DNA of 64,000 bases from Bacteroidota bacterium. Lineage in GTDB: Bacteria > Bacteroidota > Bacteroidia > Flavobacteriales > Flavobacteriaceae. Made by a program: the position numbers and the translations under genes. Position 1 is the stretch's first letter. Each line of letters starts with the position of its first letter. Location of the stretch: assembly GCA_043783485.1 (NCBI GenBank), contig JAYVZI010000037.1, forward strand, positions 5,813-69,812, given 5' to 3'. The notes beneath the pieces are model-generated. The model did not search any database. It was not told the DNA's origin and saw only the letters and a list, made by a program, of their open reading frames with translations. Of this stretch, positions 60,649-64,000 are shown one piece after another.

Positions 60649-60682
60649 AAAAAAAAAACCTGCTCATTGAGCAGGTTTTTTT
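60649..60682. terminator. Bidirectional terminator
   Basis: AAAAAAAAAACCTGCTCATTGAGCAGGTTTTTTT. Confidence 0.8.
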
Positions 60683-60696
60683 TAAGATATTTTTTT

Positions 60697-61047
60697 TTAG
60701 TTTCTTACAGCAAGACCATTATCTTGTTTCCAAGTTTTTATTGCGGCAATATTACTATTATCGTAATCTACTTCGCTAAGACTTAATCCAGACCAAAAAA
60801 GCCATTTTCCAGTTTTTTGTCCGTTTTTATATTCTCCTACCGATTGTTTGTTTCCATTTACATCAAACGAAGTCCAAACTCCATCAAGTTTTCCGTCTTT
60901 AAAAAAACCTTCTTGCTGCATTTTTCCATTTTCGTAAAAATAAGTTGCTTTAACTAATTGACCAACAACTTCTAATTTGGGTTCTTTACTTTGTGCAAAA
61001 ATCATTCCTGAGATCAACACCGCTCCGATAATCATATACTTTTTCAT
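60697..61047 (-). CDS. Secreted MORN-variant repeat protein
   Basis: YFYENG..QEG.F.DGKLDGVW..F..NG repeats; signal peptide from MKKYMII. Confidence 0.78.
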   Translation of the reverse strand: MKKYMIIGAVLISGMIFAQSKEPKLEVVGQLVKATYFYENGKMQQEGFFKDGKLDGVWTSFDVNGNKQSVGEYKNGQKTGKWLFWSGLSLSEVDYDNSNIAAIKTWKQDNGLAVRN

Positions 61048-61275
61048 AGTGTAGGTTTTTAAATTTTCATAATAACATAACAAATATATATATTATTTTA
61101 CAATAAAAAAACTTTTACATAACAATTTAGTAACATTGACTAAAAATTTAACATTGATAATTAATGGTTTAACTTTTTTAATAAAAATAAATGGTTATTT
61201 ATTATTGATTTTGATAATAAAATTAAACAAAAAAATGCCCGTTAATTAAAAACGAGCATTATGTATAATGTTTTT

Positions 61276-62274
61276 TTATTTTAATAATTTATCTAAAATC
61301 TCTGTTAGCATAGGATCGGATGGTCTTGGAGCATCGGCGGAAACCACATTTCCTTTTGGGTCTATTAATATAAATCTTGGAATACTTTTTATATTGTATT
61401 GTTTAATAAAATCGGAGTTCCAATTGTTGTCTGCAAAAACTTGTATTCCGCCAAGTTTTTTGTCGCCTACAAATTTTTTCCATTTCTTAAAATCTTTTTT
61501 CACATCTATAGATATGCTTACAAATTCAATATTTTTTCCGTCGTAACGCTCCTCTGTTTTTTTAAGAAAAGGAATTTCCGCTCTACAAGGTCCGCACCAA
61601 GTTGCCCAAATATCTATATAAACATATTTTCCTGCAAAATCCTCTAGTTTGGTTTTTGTGCCAGCAAAATTTACGTAATCAAAACCTGGCGATTTTATGT
61701 TATTAAGCTTATTATTAGCTTTTTTCTGGTTGTAATAGGTTGTAAAACCTTTTAAGTCTGCCTCTATGTTTTCCTTTTCGAGCTTAATAAAATTTTCATC
61801 TAATTTCGAATCTTCTAATTTTTTAAAATCGGAAGCCTTCTTATCTACCATTATTTTTTTAAACTCAACTTCATTCGCCGATAACAATTGGGTTCCATTA
61901 TCTTTAGAATCTGAAATTGTTTTCTGAGCCAAAAAATTATTTTCGCCAGCGCCAATTCCAGAATAAACTATAGATTCGTCAAATTTTTTGGCATCCATAG
62001 TAAGCTTCAAGTCAAATCCGTTTTTTAGGTATAAACTAGTATATTCAACACCATCAAAAAGCATAAACATTCCTTCTTTTACATTCAATGTGTCTTTAAA
62101 AATCCCAGTTTTATCAACAGTAATTTTCTTTACCAATTTATTACCGCTAACTATCGATAGGGCATTGCCGTTTTTATTTGCAATATTTGCTTCAAACGAC
62201 ACATATTCCTTAGTTTGTCCAACAATAGCATTCGAAATTAAAAATATAAATGCTACAATAAATGTTTTTTTCAT
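61276..62274 (-). CDS. TlpA-family disulfide reductase with N-terminal extension
   Basis: DIWATWCGPCRAE, IPRFILID; signal peptide from MKKTFI. Confidence 0.88.
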   Translation of the reverse strand: MKKTFIVAFIFLISNAIVGQTKEYVSFEANIANKNGNALSIVSGNKLVKKITVDKTGIFKDTLNVKEGMFMLFDGVEYTSLYLKNGFDLKLTMDAKKFDESIVYSGIGAGENNFLAQKTISDSKDNGTQLLSANEVEFKKIMVDKKASDFKKLEDSKLDENFIKLEKENIEADLKGFTTYYNQKKANNKLNNIKSPGFDYVNFAGTKTKLEDFAGKYVYIDIWATWCGPCRAEIPFLKKTEERYDGKNIEFVSISIDVKKDFKKWKKFVGDKKLGGIQVFADNNWNSDFIKQYNIKSIPRFILIDPKGNVVSADAPRPSDPMLTEILDKLLK

Positions 62275-62417
62275 GGTGTTCAAAAATTTAAATTTATTCA
62301 TCAAACATAATTTTAATTTTTCAAATTTTTAAAATCTAAATAAAATATTGTGAAGTTTTTATGATTTTAATGGAAATACAATATTTGTTTTTACTTTTGC
62401 AGTTCAAAATCAAAACC

Positions 62418-64000
62418 ATGTACAGAAGTCATAATTGCGGCGAACTAAACGCAACACATATCAATACAGAAGTTACTCTTGCAGGCTGGGTTCAAAAATC
62501 TCGTGATAAAGGATTTATGAATTGGGTCGATTTGCGCGATCGTTACGGAATTACACAACTAATGTTCGACGAAAGCCGATCTGACAAAACTGTTTTCGAA
62601 TTGGCTAAAACTTTAGGTCGCGAATTTGTAATTCAAGTAAAAGGTAAAGTAATTGAGCGCGAAGCAAAAAATAAAAATATCCCAACTGGCGAAATTGAGA
62701 TTTTGGTAACCGAAATGACAATCCTAAACGCATCGCTTACGCCACCTTTTACAATAGAGGACGAAACCGATGGCGGCGAAGATATTCGTATGAAATACCG
62801 TTATCTTGACATTAGAAGAAATCCTGTAAAAAACAGTTTGCTTTTTCGTCATAAAGTAGCGATGGAAGTCCGAAAATATCTTTCAGATTTAGATTTTTGC
62901 GAAGTAGAAACACCTTATTTAATAAAATCTACTCCAGAAGGTGCAAGAGATTTTGTCGTGCCAAGTCGTATGAACGAAGGACAATTTTATGCCTTGCCAC
63001 AATCACCACAAACCTTTAAACAATTATTGATGGTTGGTGGAATGGACAAATATTTTCAAATCGTAAAATGTTTCCGCGACGAAGATCTTCGTGCTGATAG
63101 ACAACCAGAATTTACACAAATAGATTGCGAAATGGCATTCGTAGAACAAGAAGACATTCTTGATGTTTTCGAAGGATTAACACGCCATTTGCTAAAAGAA
63201 ATAAAAGGAATCGAAGTAGATAAATTCCCTCGAATGACTTATGCACACGCGATGCGAACCTACGGAAACGACAAGCCAGACATTCGTTTCGGGATGGAAT
63301 TTGGTGAACTGAACGAATTTGCAAAACACAAAGATTTCCCAGTTTTTAATGCAGCCGAATTGGTTGTAGCAATTGCCGTTCCTGGAGTTGGCGAATATTC
63401 TCGCAAAGAAATCGATGCACTTATCGAATGGGTAAAACGCCCACAAGTTGGAGCGTCAGGAATGGTTTATGTAAAATGTAACGAAGACGGAACCTATAAA
63501 TCATCGGTAGATAAATTTTACGATCAAGGCGATTTATCCAATTGGGCAAAAATGACTGGTGCACAAAAAGGCGACATGATTTTCGTGCTTTCTGGCCCAG
63601 CCGATAAAACCAGAACACAACTTTCTGCACTTAGAATGGAATTGGCAACACGATTGGGTCTCAGGAATCCAGCCGAATTTGCGCCACTTTGGGTGGTTGA
63701 TTTCCCTTTATTAGAATTTGATGAAGAATCCGGTCGTTACCACGCAATGCACCATCCATTTACATCACCAAAACCCGAAGACATGCATTTGTTAGAAACC
63801 GATCCAAAATCGGTTCGAGCCAATGCTTACGATATGGTATTAAACGGAAACGAAATAGGTGGCGGATCTATCAGAATTCATGATAAAGCCACACAAGCTC
63901 TAATGTTTAAATATTTAGGATTTACCGAAGAGGAAGCTCGAAATCAGTTTGGTTTCCTAATGGATGCTTTCCAATTTGGCGCGCCACCACACGGCGGTTT
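62418..64000 (+). CDS. aspS: Aspartate--tRNA ligase (3'-truncated by window edge; absent from ORF track)
   Basis: [65 protein letters not shown]; TACTTTTG promoter at 62392-62399. Confidence 0.97.
   Translation, partial: MYRSHNCGELNATHINTEVTLAGWVQKSRDKGFMNWVDLRDRYGITQLMFDESRSDKTVFELAKTLGREFVIQVKGKVIEREAKNKNIPTGEIEILVTEMTILNASLTPPFTIEDETDGGEDIRMKYRYLDIRRNPVKNSLLFRHKVAMEVRKYLSDLDFCEVETPYLIKSTPEGARDFVVPSRMNEGQFYALPQSPQTFKQLLMVGGMDKYFQIVKCFRDEDLRADRQPEFTQIDCEMAFVEQEDILDVFEGLTRHLLKEIKGIEVDKFPRMTYAHAMRTYGNDKPDIRFGMEFGELNEFAKHKDFPVFNAAELVVAIAVPGVGEYSRKEIDALIEWVKRPQVGASGMVYVKCNEDGTYKSSVDKFYDQGDLSNWAKMTGAQKGDMIFVLSGPADKTRTQLSALRMELATRLGLRNPAEFAPLWVVDFPLLEFDEESGRYHAMHHPFTSPKPEDMHLLETDPKSVRANAYDMVLNGNEIGGGSIRIHDKATQALMFKYLGFTEEEARNQFGFLMDAFQFGAPPHGG

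Noticed and set aside
580-63630. Many 60-130-aa ORFs overlapping long genes in antisense or alternate frames
   Set aside because: They lie within well-supported genes and show no recognisable motifs.

Overview
AT-rich chromosomal window from a Bacteroidota bacterium, very likely a Flavobacterium. This is inferred from TAnnTTTG -7 promoters, a T9SS type-B substrate/PorP/OmpA trio, a MurF-Alr fusion and the nrdB-nrdA order. Most of it is housekeeping: asd, mscL, murF-alr, tdk, rsmI, recJ, lpxH-like, queD, tRNA-Ala(GGC), lysC, fbp, nrdBA, sucAB, phoD, a polyprenyl synthetase, a TetR-TolC-RND efflux operon and a partial aspS. Notable non-core features: (1) a His/CxxC-rich, RAPP-ending leader ORF before a TonB-dependent receptor, with a 13-bp stem joining the codons after RAPP to the receptor's translation initiation region (probable metal-sensing ribosome-arrest switch); (2) a 30-bp GC-rich element inserted in frame in murF-alr and also found nested in an intergenic repeat; (3) a modular family of intergenic repeats with exchangeable central hairpins; (4) a 1.6-kb insert bounded by a 116-bp gene 3'-end duplication with only synonymous differences, carrying a lipoprotein with a bacteriocin-like tail; (5) opposed 8-9-nt periodic arrays, one pair enclosing a four-helix-bundle gene; (6) a PAS-PAS-HisKA-like protein ending in a CZB domain instead of an ATPase; (7) small toxin-type modules wedged into housekeeping operons. 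All calls come from reading the sequence; no database searches were run.
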